NCBI GenBank assembly: GCA_963794325.1 | Contig: CAWCDG010000002.1 | Location: 416,001 to 480,000 of the forward strand | Source of the DNA: an uncultured delta proteobacterium | GTDB lineage: Bacteria > Desulfobacterota > Binatia > Binatales > Binataceae | Direction of reading: 5' to 3' | Length of the DNA: 64,000 nucleotides | In this document: positions 20,437-30,632 of the stretch, piece after piece | How the letters are laid out: each line of letters begins with the position of its first letter | Position numbering within the stretch: position 1 is the first letter of the stretch | Notes under the pieces: generated by a model | The model's input: the letters and a program-made list of their open reading frames with translations, nothing else | Databases searched by the model: none | Told to the model about the DNA's origin: nothing | Made by a program: the position numbers and the translations under genes

Positions 20437-21279
20437 ATGGCAGCGGCGCATAGAATCAAACGCAAATTTCGCGAGCTGCGCGCGCGCAACGAGGCGGCGC
20501 TGATCCCGTACATCGTGGCCGGCGATCCCGATATGGATACGACGCGGAAGCTGGTGCTCGAACTCGAAGCGCGCGGCGCCGACCTGATAGAGCTGGGCGT
20601 GCCGTTCTCCGATCCGATGGCCGACGGGCCCGCCAATCAGCGTGCGTCGGCGCGCGGACTGGGCGCGGGCGCGTCTTTGGCTGCGATTCTCTCGATGGTG
20701 AGCGAGCTGCGCGCGGATACGCAGATCCCGCTGATCCTGTTCGGATACTACAACCCGATTTTTCACTACGGATGCGAGCGGCTCTGCGCCGACGCCGCGC
20801 GCGCGGGTGTCGACGCACTACTGGTGGTCGATTTGCCGCCCGAAGAATCTGGCGAGCTCAAGAAACCGGCGCGTGCCAACGGCCTTGACCTTATCTACCT
20901 GCTCGCGCCGACGACGCCGATAGATCGGAGCCGCGCGATCGCGCGCTCGGCCAGCGGTTTTCTCTACTATGTGTCGGTGACGGGCGTGACCGGCGCGCGC
21001 GCGCATCTCGACACGGGCATCGCCGAGCACATGCGCGAGATTCGCAGCGTGACCGATTTGCCGATTGGCGTCGGCTTCGGAATCTCGACGCCCGAGCAGG
21101 CCGCCGAGGTCGCGACGATGGCGGACGCGGTGGTGGTCGGCAGTGCGATTTCGCTTTTGATCGAGGCCCACGTAAAGTCGGGCGACGTGCCGGAGGCAGT
21201 AGGCGGCCTTATTGATGCAATGAAAAGCGCCATGAAGTCGGCGCGCATTGCGCCCACGGTGGAGAGTTCAAATGGCTGA
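20437..21279 (+). CDS. trpA: Tryptophan synthase alpha chain
   Basis: ELGVPFSDPMADGP, YYNPI, DLPPEE, GVTGAR, VGFGIS. Confidence 0.97.
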   Translation: MAAAHRIKRKFRELRARNEAALIPYIVAGDPDMDTTRKLVLELEARGADLIELGVPFSDPMADGPANQRASARGLGAGASLAAILSMVSELRADTQIPLILFGYYNPIFHYGCERLCADAARAGVDALLVVDLPPEESGELKKPARANGLDLIYLLAPTTPIDRSRAIARSASGFLYYVSVTGVTGARAHLDTGIAEHMREIRSVTDLPIGVGFGISTPEQAAEVATMADAVVVGSAISLLIEAHVKSGDVPEAVGGLIDAMKSAMKSARIAPTVESSNG

Positions 21280-22144
21280 GCGCGAACCGACGCCGATTGC
21301 GACGCAGGCAGTTTCGGACGACATCTGGTCGAAGTGCCCGTCGTGCAAGGAGATGGCGTTCCGCAAGGAAGTGGAGCGCAATCTGAACGTATGCCCCAAG
21401 TGCGGCTATCATTTCCGCGTCACGGTGCCGCAGCGGCTTTCGATCAGCGTCGATCGCGGTACCTGGCGCGAGCTGATGGCCGAGATGGCGATTGGCGATC
21501 CGCTCGGCTTCGTCGATTCGCGCCCCTATCCGAAGCGGATGGAACAGGCGCGCGCGAACAGCGGCCGCAACGACGCGGTGGTGGTGGGAATCGGCAAGAT
21601 CGAGAATCGGCCGGTCGCGATCGGCGTGATGGATTTCGAGTTCATGGGCGGCAGCATGGGTGTGGTGGTCGGCGAGAAGATCGCGCGGCTGTTCGACCTC
21701 GCGGGCGAACGCAAACTCCCGGTGATCATCTTCGTCGCATCGGGTGGCGCGCGGATGCAGGAAGGCGCGCTCTCGTTGATGCAGATGGCGAAAGTCTCAT
21801 CCGCCATCGCCCGATATCGCGACGCGCGCCTGCCGTACATTTCGGTACTCTGCGATCCGACTACCGGCGGCGTGGCCGCGTCGTTTGCGATGCTTGGTGA
21901 TTTGAATCTCTCCGAGCCGGGAGCCTTGATCGGTTTTGCTGGCCGTCGGGTGACGGCGCAAACCAGCGGTCAGGAGCTGCCGGAAAATTTTCAGCGCGCC
22001 GAATTTTTACTCGCGCACGGCATGCTCGACGCAATCGTCCCGCGTCACCAGATGCGCTTCACGCTGGCACGAATCCTCACGATGCTAACGAAGCCGCGAG
22101 GCAACCGCGGCGCAGGGAAGGGCGCGTCGAAGGGTAAGCGCTGA
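21272..22144 (+). CDS. accD: Acetyl-CoA carboxylase carboxyltransferase beta subunit
   Basis: Zn finger WSKCPSC...CPKC, FMGGSMG, SGGARMQEG, PTTGGV, FQRAEFL. Confidence 0.95.
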   Translation: MAEREPTPIATQAVSDDIWSKCPSCKEMAFRKEVERNLNVCPKCGYHFRVTVPQRLSISVDRGTWRELMAEMAIGDPLGFVDSRPYPKRMEQARANSGRNDAVVVGIGKIENRPVAIGVMDFEFMGGSMGVVVGEKIARLFDLAGERKLPVIIFVASGGARMQEGALSLMQMAKVSSAIARYRDARLPYISVLCDPTTGGVAASFAMLGDLNLSEPGALIGFAGRRVTAQTSGQELPENFQRAEFLLAHGMLDAIVPRHQMRFTLARILTMLTKPRGNRGAGKGASKGKR

Positions 22145-22201
22145 CCTGCACGGGGGGAATCTTCCGCCTTCCATCGTGAGCCGCTAAACTTCGGGCTGAC
22201 C

Positions 22202-23512
22202 ATGGACCAGCTCTCCAAAACTATCGACTGGCTCTATTCGCTCGAGGCGCGCGGCGAGATTTACAAGCTCGAGCGGATGGAGGCTGCTCTCGACCTCATC
22301 GGCAATCCGCATCGGCGAATTCGCGCCGTGCATATCGCGGGCACCAAGGGTAAGGGTTCTGTCGCCGCGATGCTCGACAGTTGCCTGCGCCAGGCTGGCT
22401 ACCGCACAGGACTCTATACGAAGCCGCATCTTGTGAACCTCGCGGAGCGGACGCGAATCTCAGGTGCCGAAATTCCCGCGGGGCTGATGCTCGACTATAT
22501 CGAGCGGCTGCGCGCGATCTACGACCGCGCGGCCATGGCGCTCACGTTCTTCGAGTTCACCGTCGCGATGATGTTCCTCTACTTCGCTAAGGAGAACGTC
22601 GATATCGCGATCGTCGAGACAGGACTTGGCGGGCGGCTCGATTCCACCAACGTCGTGACGCCGATATTGAGCGTGATCACGCCGATCGGTTTCGATCACA
22701 TGGAATATCTCGGCTACACGATCGCGGCGATTGCGGGCGAGAAGGGTGGCATCATCAAGAACGACATTCCGGTGGTGATTGGCGCGCGCGATGCCGAGGC
22801 GCGGCTGACGCTAACCTCTATCGCAGGCCAGCGTGGAAGTGCGGTGCGACTGATCGATCGCGATTTTTCTTACAAGTCGCACGCGCCGGCGCATCGATTG
22901 GACTACCACGGCCTCGGCCTGGAATTGCGCGATCTCGAGATTGGATTGGCGGGGCCGTTTCAACATGAGAACGCCGCGATTGCGGTTGCCACCCTCGAAG
23001 CCTTACGCTCGCAGGGCTGGCAAATTGACGAGAACGCAATCCGGACGGGTCTTCGGGACATCTACTGGCCGGGACGTTTCGACGTCGTATCGCAGCGGCC
23101 GCTCGTGATTCTCGACTGCGCGCATAACGAGATGAGTATCGCGGCGCTGCTCGAGACGATGACCGTCGAGCTTGGCCCGGATGTGAAACCGCGGCTGATA
23201 TTCGGATGCCAATCGGCGAAGGAATGGCCGCGGATGGCTGCGATGCTCGCGCCGCGCGTGCGCGATGTCACCCTGACGCGGGCCAAACCGAAGCTGCCGC
23301 TCGAGCCGGAGGAACTCGTCGCGCATTTCGCGGGGCATTGTCCGGCGCGCGTCGAGCGCGACCCAATGCGAGCGATCGAGCGCGTGATTTCAGAATTGGG
23401 GCCCGATGACGTGGCACTCGTTACGGGATCAGTGTATCTTATCGGCGAAGTTTACCCGTATTTTTTGACCCGCGAGGGGCGGAGTGGGTTGTTTACTGAA
23501 GCCGGCGCTTAA
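22202..23512 (+). CDS. folC: Folylpolyglutamate synthase/dihydrofolate synthase
   Basis: HIAGTKGKGS, ETGLGGRLDSTN, WPGRF, LDCAHN, TGSVYLIG. Confidence 0.95.
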   Translation: MDQLSKTIDWLYSLEARGEIYKLERMEAALDLIGNPHRRIRAVHIAGTKGKGSVAAMLDSCLRQAGYRTGLYTKPHLVNLAERTRISGAEIPAGLMLDYIERLRAIYDRAAMALTFFEFTVAMMFLYFAKENVDIAIVETGLGGRLDSTNVVTPILSVITPIGFDHMEYLGYTIAAIAGEKGGIIKNDIPVVIGARDAEARLTLTSIAGQRGSAVRLIDRDFSYKSHAPAHRLDYHGLGLELRDLEIGLAGPFQHENAAIAVATLEALRSQGWQIDENAIRTGLRDIYWPGRFDVVSQRPLVILDCAHNEMSIAALLETMTVELGPDVKPRLIFGCQSAKEWPRMAAMLAPRVRDVTLTRAKPKLPLEPEELVAHFAGHCPARVERDPMRAIERVISELGPDDVALVTGSVYLIGEVYPYFLTREGRSGLFTEAGA

Positions 23513-26096
23513 AAGAATCGCGATTGCGATGTTGTGGCTGTTGGCAGCAACGCTGGCACCGGCTATCGCGAGAGCAGATACGCCAGCCACAGGCCCCGCC
23601 AAATCGAACTCTAAGAAATCTGGAATTCCCTCCCCGGTGCGCGCCGCGCATGAAGAGCCGGTCAACGTCACCGGCCAGGAAACCATCTACGATTCGAAGA
23701 CCGATACCTTCGTCGTGAAGGGCGACGCCGTCATGACCCAGGGCGGCAGCGTGCTCAAGGCCGACGAGATCGATATCATGCGGCGCGACCGCAAGGCGCG
23801 CGCGATCGGCAATGTCCATTTGATCGATCCCGAAGTCGAGATGTGGGCGACTGATGGCACCATCGACATCACCAATGAGACGATGGTGCTGAACAACGCC
23901 AAGATATTGGCGAAACAAAACATTTATCATCTCGAAGGCAAGCAGATCATAAAGCAGGAGGGCCAGACCTACGAGGTAAAGAACGGATTCTTTACCACCT
24001 GCGGATGCGAGAAGGGCACGCCGTCATGGTCGATAAATGCCCAGCATATGGTGGTGAACATGGGGCAGACTGGGACCGCCACCAATGCGACCTTCAACGT
24101 AGCCGGCTATCCGGTGATTCCGACGCCGTATCTGATTTTTCCGGCCGACACTGATCGGCACAGCGGCTTGCTGAGCGGACGCGAGGGTCAATCTGGATTG
24201 CGCGGCTTCCAGTGGCTGCAGCCCTACTATATCGCCATCAACAAGAGTTCGGACGCGACCGTTGCGTTTGATGTCGAGACCTCGCAGCGGGTTGGCGGGC
24301 TGGCCGAGTATCGGTTGGTCAACGGCAAGGACGATTACCTGTGGGCGGACGGCGCATTCTACAACGAATCGCTCCGTTCGGCTGCGAATCGTCAGAACGA
24401 CATCGTCGATGGGCAAATCGCCGATCCGCATATCCCGATCGATCGCTACGGAATTATCGCGATGACGCGGCAACATATTACGGACGATCTGATCGCATAC
24501 GGCGACACGATTTCCGTGAGCGACAGCCTGTACTTGCGCGAGATGGATGTGTGGACGTTGTCGCGCGGCTTCACCTTCGGCCAGGGCGCGACCAACTTCG
24601 GCTCGACGACCAACGCGCCGTCGGATTTCGGATTGCTCTATCAGTTCAACAACGCGTACGCGCGGATGCAGGGCACCTGGAATCAGGATCTGATTCAGCC
24701 GCAGCAGTTCGCCCTGCAGCGGCTGCCTGATGCGACGGTGTCGGGCCGCCAGGAATTGTTCAACAACCTGATGTTCGCGGATTACGACGCTGAGGCGGTC
24801 GACTTCTACCGCTATCAGGGTATCGATGGCGGGCGCTTCTCTGCGAATCCCCGGGTCACGCTGCCATGGCGTTTGGGTGACTACCTCAATGGTTACGGGA
24901 CGGTCGGTGCGCAAGCCGTCGGGTACGATACGACCGGCCGCAACATCAAGATCTTTCCCGTCGGAACGACACCCGCCCAAGTCGCTGCCAACTCGACCTG
25001 TCCCAGCGGCGGCGGCGTTCAGCTCTCCTTCAACAATTGTGCAACGTTAAGCCCGTTCAGCAACGGCGGAACAACCGCGCGGCTCATCCCATACGCAAAA
25101 ACCGGAATTTCAACCGTCCTCGATCGCGTTTACGATTTCCAATGGAAATCGATCGAGAAGCTCAAAAACACCATCGAGCCGTTTGCCAACTATGCGTACG
25201 TGCCGCGCATCTACCAGGGCAATCTGCCGCTGTTCGATCAGACCGATCGCATGAATGCGCGCAGTCTCATCACTTACGGATTCACGACGCGGTTGTTCGC
25301 AAAGGTCAGGGAAGAGGCTCCGGAGCAGACGACTACTGACGCGACCCCGACCCAAGCTATAACGGGTACCGGCGGTTCCAACGTCGGGCCGTTCCATGAA
25401 GATGCGCTCTCGACTTCATTGGCGCCACACGGCGGGAGCATCGTCCGCGACGGCGAGCATTCCCAGGAACTCGGCTCGTTGACGATACAGCAGGCGTACG
25501 ACGTATCGAACGAGGTGACGGTTGACGGATCGAAGATCTCAGACATCGAGGGGCTGCTTAACGTTTACGCGACCCAGATTGCAACGCTGTCTTCGCAGCT
25601 CGATTACAATCCACGCTCCCATTCAGGGATAACCTTTGCCAACGCGGCCCTGGCTATTCAGCCGCCGTGGGGCGACAAGGGAGCGCCGATTTACCTCGGC
25701 AAAGCGCTGCAAGGCTCGTTCATCGAGTTCGCATACAACTACGCCAGCCGGACGGCGACGGTCTTTCCCGCGACCAGCAAGAACGCTGCGCAGTTCGTTT
25801 CGGGACGCGCGTACACCGACGTATTCGATCGCCTCGGCGTTTACATTGCCCCCAGCTACGATCTCGCGGACAACCGGAACCTGTCGACCGAATACGGCGT
25901 ACGATTGAAATCTCCATGCGATTGTTGGGCGGCCGATCTTGGAATTATCGATTCGACCAATCCCAACGAAGTACAGATCCAGTTCCAGCTGACCCTCGGC
26001 GGCCTGGGCTCAGTCGGACGCAGTCCGTTCGGACGCAACCCGTTCCAGACGCGCGGCCTGGTCGGCTCCCCAACCGGAGTCCTGCCGAATTACTAA
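23484..26096 (+). CDS. lptD: LPS-assembly protein LptD-like outer membrane protein
   Basis: Signal peptide, OstA-like beta-jellyroll, FTTC..PSW motif, RHSGLL, beta-barrel region, C-terminal CDCW. Start uncertain (23484 or 23529). Confidence 0.8.
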   Translation: MGCLLKPALKRIAIAMLWLLAATLAPAIARADTPATGPAKSNSKKSGIPSPVRAAHEEPVNVTGQETIYDSKTDTFVVKGDAVMTQGGSVLKADEIDIMRRDRKARAIGNVHLIDPEVEMWATDGTIDITNETMVLNNAKILAKQNIYHLEGKQIIKQEGQTYEVKNGFFTTCGCEKGTPSWSINAQHMVVNMGQTGTATNATFNVAGYPVIPTPYLIFPADTDRHSGLLSGREGQSGLRGFQWLQPYYIAINKSSDATVAFDVETSQRVGGLAEYRLVNGKDDYLWADGAFYNESLRSAANRQNDIVDGQIADPHIPIDRYGIIAMTRQHITDDLIAYGDTISVSDSLYLREMDVWTLSRGFTFGQGATNFGSTTNAPSDFGLLYQFNNAYARMQGTWNQDLIQPQQFALQRLPDATVSGRQELFNNLMFADYDAEAVDFYRYQGIDGGRFSANPRVTLPWRLGDYLNGYGTVGAQAVGYDTTGRNIKIFPVGTTPAQVAANSTCPSGGGVQLSFNNCATLSPFSNGGTTARLIPYAKTGISTVLDRVYDFQWKSIEKLKNTIEPFANYAYVPRIYQGNLPLFDQTDRMNARSLITYGFTTRLFAKVREEAPEQTTTDATPTQAITGTGGSNVGPFHEDALSTSLAPHGGSIVRDGEHSQELGSLTIQQAYDVSNEVTVDGSKISDIEGLLNVYATQIATLSSQLDYNPRSHSGITFANAALAIQPPWGDKGAPIYLGKALQGSFIEFAYNYASRTATVFPATSKNAAQFVSGRAYTDVFDRLGVYIAPSYDLADNRNLSTEYGVRLKSPCDCWAADLGIIDSTNPNEVQIQFQLTLGGLGSVGRSPFGRNPFQTRGLVGSPTGVLPNY

Positions 26097-26100
26097 GTTC

Positions 26101-26125
26101 AGTGGGGCGGGCCGCCGTGCCCGCC
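26101..26125 (+). repeat. REP-like palindrome, family D
   Basis: AGTGGGGCGGGCCGCCGTGCCCGCC, also found at 27116 and 58915 and as a variant at 58868. Confidence 0.8.
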
Positions 26126-26139
26126 CGCTCCTTGGCCTG

Positions 26140-27051
26140 CTAGAAATAAAGCAACGCGATATCCGCCAGGATCCACAGCGCGACCGCGAGCATCAGCTGC
26201 CGATCGCGCATCAACGCGCGCGCCGGGTCGCCACCTTCGTCGCGCTCGTCGATCAGGTAGAGATAGCGCAGGATTCCGAACGCGACGAACGGCACCGTCA
26301 AATAGAGATAGTGGGTGCCGAGCTTCGATTCGACTTCCGCCGACGCAGTGTAAATCATGTAGCTGACGAGAGTCGCGCCGGTGACGATCGAGATCATCTG
26401 ATCGACCAGCCGGACGCTGTACTCCGAGAGCGCGCTGCGATGCGCGATAGCGTCGTCGCCGAGCACGATCAGCTCGTGACGCCGGCGCGCCAGCACCAGG
26501 AACAGCGCCAGCACGAACGTGATGAAAACCAGCCATGGCGATACTTCGACATGAATCGCGACGCCGCCCGCGAATGCGCGCAACACAAAGCCGATCGCAA
26601 CCGCGATCACGTCGATGATCACGTGGTGCTTGGCCCACAGCGAATAGAACAACTGAAGCGCGACGTACAGCAGCGCGATTCCGACGAACTCGCGGCCCAG
26701 CACGATGCTCAACACAATCGCAATCGCGCCCAGCGTCAGCGCGGCACGGGTGGCGGCGGAAACCGTTATGTCGCCACGCGCCAGCGGGCGGTTGCACTTT
26801 TCGGGATTCAGCCGATCGGCCTCGCGGTCAGCGATGTCATTCAGAATATAGCCGGCGCTCGAAAGCGCGCAGAACGCGACGAACGCGATGCCTGCAAGAA
26901 CCACGTCGTGGAGCACGAACAGCCGCTGGCCGAACAGCAACGCCGCCAGCACCAACGCGTTCTTGATCCATTGATGCGGCCGCGCGAGGCGAAATATCGC
27001 GCTTATCCCGCCGGTCTGCGAACTATCGTCCAGCTTGGTCGCCGCATTCAT
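26140..27051 (-). CDS. UbiA-family prenyltransferase (decaprenyl-phosphate phosphoribosyltransferase-like)
   Basis: RPHQWIKN, YILNDIADREADRLNPEK..RPLARG, GFVLRA, PFVAFGILRYLYL. Confidence 0.88.
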   Translation of the reverse strand: MNAATKLDDSSQTGGISAIFRLARPHQWIKNALVLAALLFGQRLFVLHDVVLAGIAFVAFCALSSAGYILNDIADREADRLNPEKCNRPLARGDITVSAATRAALTLGAIAIVLSIVLGREFVGIALLYVALQLFYSLWAKHHVIIDVIAVAIGFVLRAFAGGVAIHVEVSPWLVFITFVLALFLVLARRRHELIVLGDDAIAHRSALSEYSVRLVDQMISIVTGATLVSYMIYTASAEVESKLGTHYLYLTVPFVAFGILRYLYLIDERDEGGDPARALMRDRQLMLAVALWILADIALLYF

Positions 27052-27110
27052 TGCATTTCGTTGTATAGGTCCGCGCTTCGCTGCCGCAAGATGGCGGTGG
27101 TGTCTTGTTT

Positions 27111-27286
27111 TTTATAGTGGGGCGGGCCGCCGTGCCCGCCATCGACGCGCGGGCGTCCGCGCCCACGCTTACCAATGAACGACTCCTCTCACTTCTACCG
27201 CAGACGCCTGCCGCACTGCAGAGTATCGCTGGACGCGGCCGCAACTTGGAGGAGAGATGACGGGCACATAGGCCGCCCCGCTGAAA
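27111..27286. repeat. Family D repeat (~70 bp) plus inverted partner
   Basis: 27111-27180 is nearly identical to 58910-58980; CGGGCACATAGGCCGCCCCGCTG at ~27261 is an inverted degenerate copy. Confidence 0.75.
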
Positions 27287-27351
27287 CCCGGACACTACCA
27301 GATGACTTTGGCACTTGACCGCGGGCCGCGGATGCGAAAACAGTACGCTCG

Positions 27352-28413
27352 ATGAGTACTTCGACCCAGGAAAAAACCGGTCCGTCGGCCACCGTCGATC
27401 TAGCCGGCCTCAAACGATTCCTCGATCAGCGCAAGCTCGGCGACACGGCCGCTCTTCGATCTGAAAACATTTCGTTTGGCCATTCCAACGAGGTTCACCT
27501 GATTCACTTCGACGGCCATTCGTGGGCCCTTAGACGCCCGCCGCGCGGACCGTTGCTCCCGACCGCGCACGACATGATGCGTGAATATCGCGTCATCAAA
27601 GCCCTGCAGGACACCGCTGTCCCCGTGCCGCGCGTGTACGCCGTGTGCGACGATTCGTCATACATCGGCGCGCCGTTCTACCTGATGGAGTATATGCGCG
27701 GCGACGTCGTGCGCGCCGACAACAAGCACTTCGCGCAGACTCCTGACCTGCGCCGCCAAGTCAGCGAGCAGATGGTCGATGTGCTCGTCGCGCTGCAGGA
27801 GGTCGATTGGCGCGCGGCCGGCCTCGAAGGGTTCGGGCGGCCGGACGGTTACCTCGAGCGCCAGCTCAAGCGATGGACCGATCAGCTCGAACGTACGATT
27901 CCGCATACGCGGCCGCTGCCGGTGATGGAAAAAGTTAAAGAGTGGCTGCGCGCGCGAATCCCCCAGTCGCCTGCGCCGACCATCGTCCACGGCGATTACA
28001 AGCTCGACAACGTGATGTTCGATCCGAAAACCTCGCGCGCGATCGCCGTGCTCGATTGGGAAATGTCGACGATTGGCGATCCACTCGCGGATTTCGGCTG
28101 GATGCTGACCTACTGGCCCGACCCGACCGACCTCGCATCAGGCGGCGTGATCGCCAGCATGCAGGCCGCCGAAGGATGGCTGACGCGTCGCGAGATGATC
28201 GATCGATACGAGAGCGTCACCGGACGTGCGATGCGCGACTTCCCGTTCTACCAGGCGTTTGCGCTGTTCAAGCTCGCCATCATCATGGAGGGCAGCTACG
28301 CCCGCTTCGTCCTCGGCCAGACCGACGATCCGCTGTTCGCACTGAGCAAGGAACGAGTCCCAGCGCTCGCCGACGCAGCGTGGTCGGTGTGCAACTCGAC
28401 GTCGGGTCACTAG
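27352..28413 (+). CDS. Phosphotransferase family protein (APH/ACAD10-like)
   Basis: GHSN, LRRPP..LLPTAHDM.RE, HGDYKLDN, VLDWEMSTIGDP. Confidence 0.9.
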   Translation: MSTSTQEKTGPSATVDLAGLKRFLDQRKLGDTAALRSENISFGHSNEVHLIHFDGHSWALRRPPRGPLLPTAHDMMREYRVIKALQDTAVPVPRVYAVCDDSSYIGAPFYLMEYMRGDVVRADNKHFAQTPDLRRQVSEQMVDVLVALQEVDWRAAGLEGFGRPDGYLERQLKRWTDQLERTIPHTRPLPVMEKVKEWLRARIPQSPAPTIVHGDYKLDNVMFDPKTSRAIAVLDWEMSTIGDPLADFGWMLTYWPDPTDLASGGVIASMQAAEGWLTRREMIDRYESVTGRAMRDFPFYQAFALFKLAIIMEGSYARFVLGQTDDPLFALSKERVPALADAAWSVCNSTSGH

Positions 28414-29261
28414 CGAGCGGCGGCGCGAAAGATCGATCGCAACCATCCGCGCGCTTCCGGATACTGCTCGACGTCGAGCACGAACTCCTGCCCGATGCCG
28501 ACCGTCTGCAGGCGCGTCGAGCTTCCGCAGTCAGTCCAGCGGCTCGGATCGCCATGATAGGTGAGGGCAGGGCGCCCGCCAGGTGCAAACCATGGCGGCA
28601 GCTCCCACACCGAACGACTCGATTGGCTGCGTGTGAGTATCAGCTCAGGTCTGATCCGATCGAAAGTTCCAGCACCGCTCGTTTTGAGGCCAATCGACGA
28701 AAGGCGGTCGCTCGCGAAGTAAAGAGTGTTGTTTTCGTATTCGACTAGACGCCTCGCGAAATGAGGATGTCCGGCCGCCCAGGGCTTTTCGGCGGCGATG
28801 TCTCTGGTAGCTGCGGCGACGTCCCCGACCTGCAGCCATCCAAAGATGACGTGAAGTTTCGGCGCGTCGCGGACGAAGCGGAACGCACCTCCGACTTTCT
28901 CGGCGCGGCGAAAATATCCGAAAAAAATAAACAGATCGCCTGGGCCGACGTCGTGGCGCGCGAGATGGCTCTGCGCGGCGCCGGCCTGTCCAAAGATTGG
29001 ACGCCATCCCGCGGCGCGCGCAATCGACTGGCGGCGCAAATCCGGATCGAGATGCGCACCGTCGCGACGGCGGACTCGTCTATGGGTCAGGTCTTCAACA
29101 ATTTGCGCGATCGATGACCCGTTGAACGATGAAAGTTTCGCGTATGACGCCGGCGCGTCGGCATCGGGAATCGGAAGCGAGCAAAGTCGCCCGTCGATAA
29201 TTGGACTCGGACACCCGCCATTGGCCGAATCAAATCCCTTGCGACTGAGTATCAGCTTCAT
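28410..29261 (-). CDS. Nucleotide modification-associated domain 3 (Nmad3)-like protein
   Basis: MKLILSRKGFDSANGG.PSPI...SLPIP, HLDPDL, FGQ..AAQSHL, GDLFIFFG.F, HVIFGWLQV, GQEFV. Family recalled from memory; no search run. Confidence 0.7.
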   Translation of the reverse strand: MKLILSRKGFDSANGGCPSPIIDGRLCSLPIPDADAPASYAKLSSFNGSSIAQIVEDLTHRRVRRRDGAHLDPDLRRQSIARAAGWRPIFGQAGAAQSHLARHDVGPGDLFIFFGYFRRAEKVGGAFRFVRDAPKLHVIFGWLQVGDVAAATRDIAAEKPWAAGHPHFARRLVEYENNTLYFASDRLSSIGLKTSGAGTFDRIRPELILTRSQSSRSVWELPPWFAPGGRPALTYHGDPSRWTDCGSSTRLQTVGIGQEFVLDVEQYPEARGWLRSIFRAAAR

Positions 29262-29288
29262 CGCACAAATCCGTTTCTCACTTCTTGC

Positions 29289-29396
29289 GTCATTCTGAGC
29301 GGAAGCTGCTGTAGCGAAGAATCTCGACGGACGCCTTGCGTGCGGCGTCCGTCAGTATGCGCTGCGGGCGAGATCCTTCGCTACGCTCAGGATGAC
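29289..29396. repeat. Inverted-repeat element, family C
   Basis: GTCATTCTGAGCG...AGCGAAGAATCTC ... GAGATCCTTCGCTACGCTCAGGATGAC; the same halves recur at 34593-34715. Confidence 0.85.
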
Positions 29397-29449
29397 GGAT
29401 CTGGCTCATGCTATATTTCTCCCCGAACTCTCCACAAGGAAAATTTTCA

Positions 29450-30106
29450 ATGCCGGATTCTGATCTGCTGGCCGAACTGGCGCGCTTTATCGAACGCATC
29501 ACCGCGATCGCCCGGACTGGTCTCGCCTTCAAGCCCGACGGCTTCGACTCCGAGCGCTACGAAGAATTGCTCAAGGAGGCTGCCAGGATGCATTCGATCG
29601 TCGCCGGTGCGAGCGACGACGACGCGGAACAATTGCGCCGCCAATGGCGTGAGCAGGTGATCGCGGGCTATGACGGCTACGTCACTGCGGCAGTTGGTGT
29701 CGGTATCATCGCGTTCAACCATCGGAACGAGCTGCTGATGATTCAGCGGCCGACCGGCAAGTGGTGGTATCCCACCGGATTCTGTGACGTCGGAGTATCG
29801 CCCGCCGAGAATGTCGCCAAGGAAGCGCGCGAGGAGACCGGGCTTATCGTTATACCCGAACGTCTGATCGGCGTGATCGACAACAAAAAATATGGCTCAC
29901 CGGCCCGCCATATCTACTCGATGCTTTTCTATTGCCGAATCGTCGGCGGAGAACTGACGCCGAATCCGCTCGAAGCGATTGCCGCCAGGTTCTTTCCGCT
30001 CGATCGGCTGCCGGAGCCGATGCATGCGCTCGATCGCAAGTGGATCGGACTCGCGCGCGAGTTCCACTTCGACGGCCGCATCGCGCCGTATTTCGATCCG
30101 CTGTGA
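29450..30106 (+). CDS. Nudix hydrolase with N-terminal Nudix_N domain
   Basis: AIARTGLAF...FDSERY; Nudix box PTGFCDVGVSPAENVAKEAREETG; AAGGA RBS before ATG 29450. Confidence 0.88.
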   Translation: MPDSDLLAELARFIERITAIARTGLAFKPDGFDSERYEELLKEAARMHSIVAGASDDDAEQLRRQWREQVIAGYDGYVTAAVGVGIIAFNHRNELLMIQRPTGKWWYPTGFCDVGVSPAENVAKEAREETGLIVIPERLIGVIDNKKYGSPARHIYSMLFYCRIVGGELTPNPLEAIAARFFPLDRLPEPMHALDRKWIGLAREFHFDGRIAPYFDPL

Positions 30107-30110
30107 GGTT

Positions 30111-30626
30111 CTAGCGAGTAGTCGCTTCGGCCGGGGTGGATTGAGCCTGGGTGGGCGGGGTTCCGCTGGTGCTCGCGCCGATCGAGATGATCATCATCCC
30201 CTGCTCATAGCGCGGACCCCCGACGATCAACGTGCCGTTGTTCTTGAGCTTGAGGTCGGTGGTCATCATCGGGCGCGTCCCGTCGAACAGCACGATCTCC
30301 ATCGCGATCATGTCGGCATCGATCGCGCGGGGTTGCACATGGAGAATCTTGCCGCCCGGCAGCGTGAACGCGATCATCTTGCCGCAATCGGTCTCCCCTT
30401 CGTTGTGACCGATCAGGCTGTAGGTCGTAAATCCGAAAAGCCCGCGCAGCTTCTTGTCCATTCCACCGAGCCGCGGGTCCGTACCTTCGTTGGTATCCGC
30501 CGCCATTACCGAGTCGATGTAAACATAGACCTGCTTTGGCGGCGGCTGCGCATATGGCAGACCCTGCGTTCCAAAGGTCGTGATCGCAATGATGAGAAAG
30601 GTGAGCCTACCGGGACGCAGCGTCAT
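30111..30626 (-). CDS. Exported hypothetical protein, likely co-transcribed with the ECF sigma/anti-sigma
   Basis: Hydrophobic N-terminus; 6 bp from the anti-sigma gene. Confidence 0.7.
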   Translation of the reverse strand: MTLRPGRLTFLIIAITTFGTQGLPYAQPPPKQVYVYIDSVMAADTNEGTDPRLGGMDKKLRGLFGFTTYSLIGHNEGETDCGKMIAFTLPGGKILHVQPRAIDADMIAMEIVLFDGTRPMMTTDLKLKNNGTLIVGGPRYEQGMMIISIGASTSGTPPTQAQSTPAEATTR

Positions 30627-30632
30627 AGCGGC

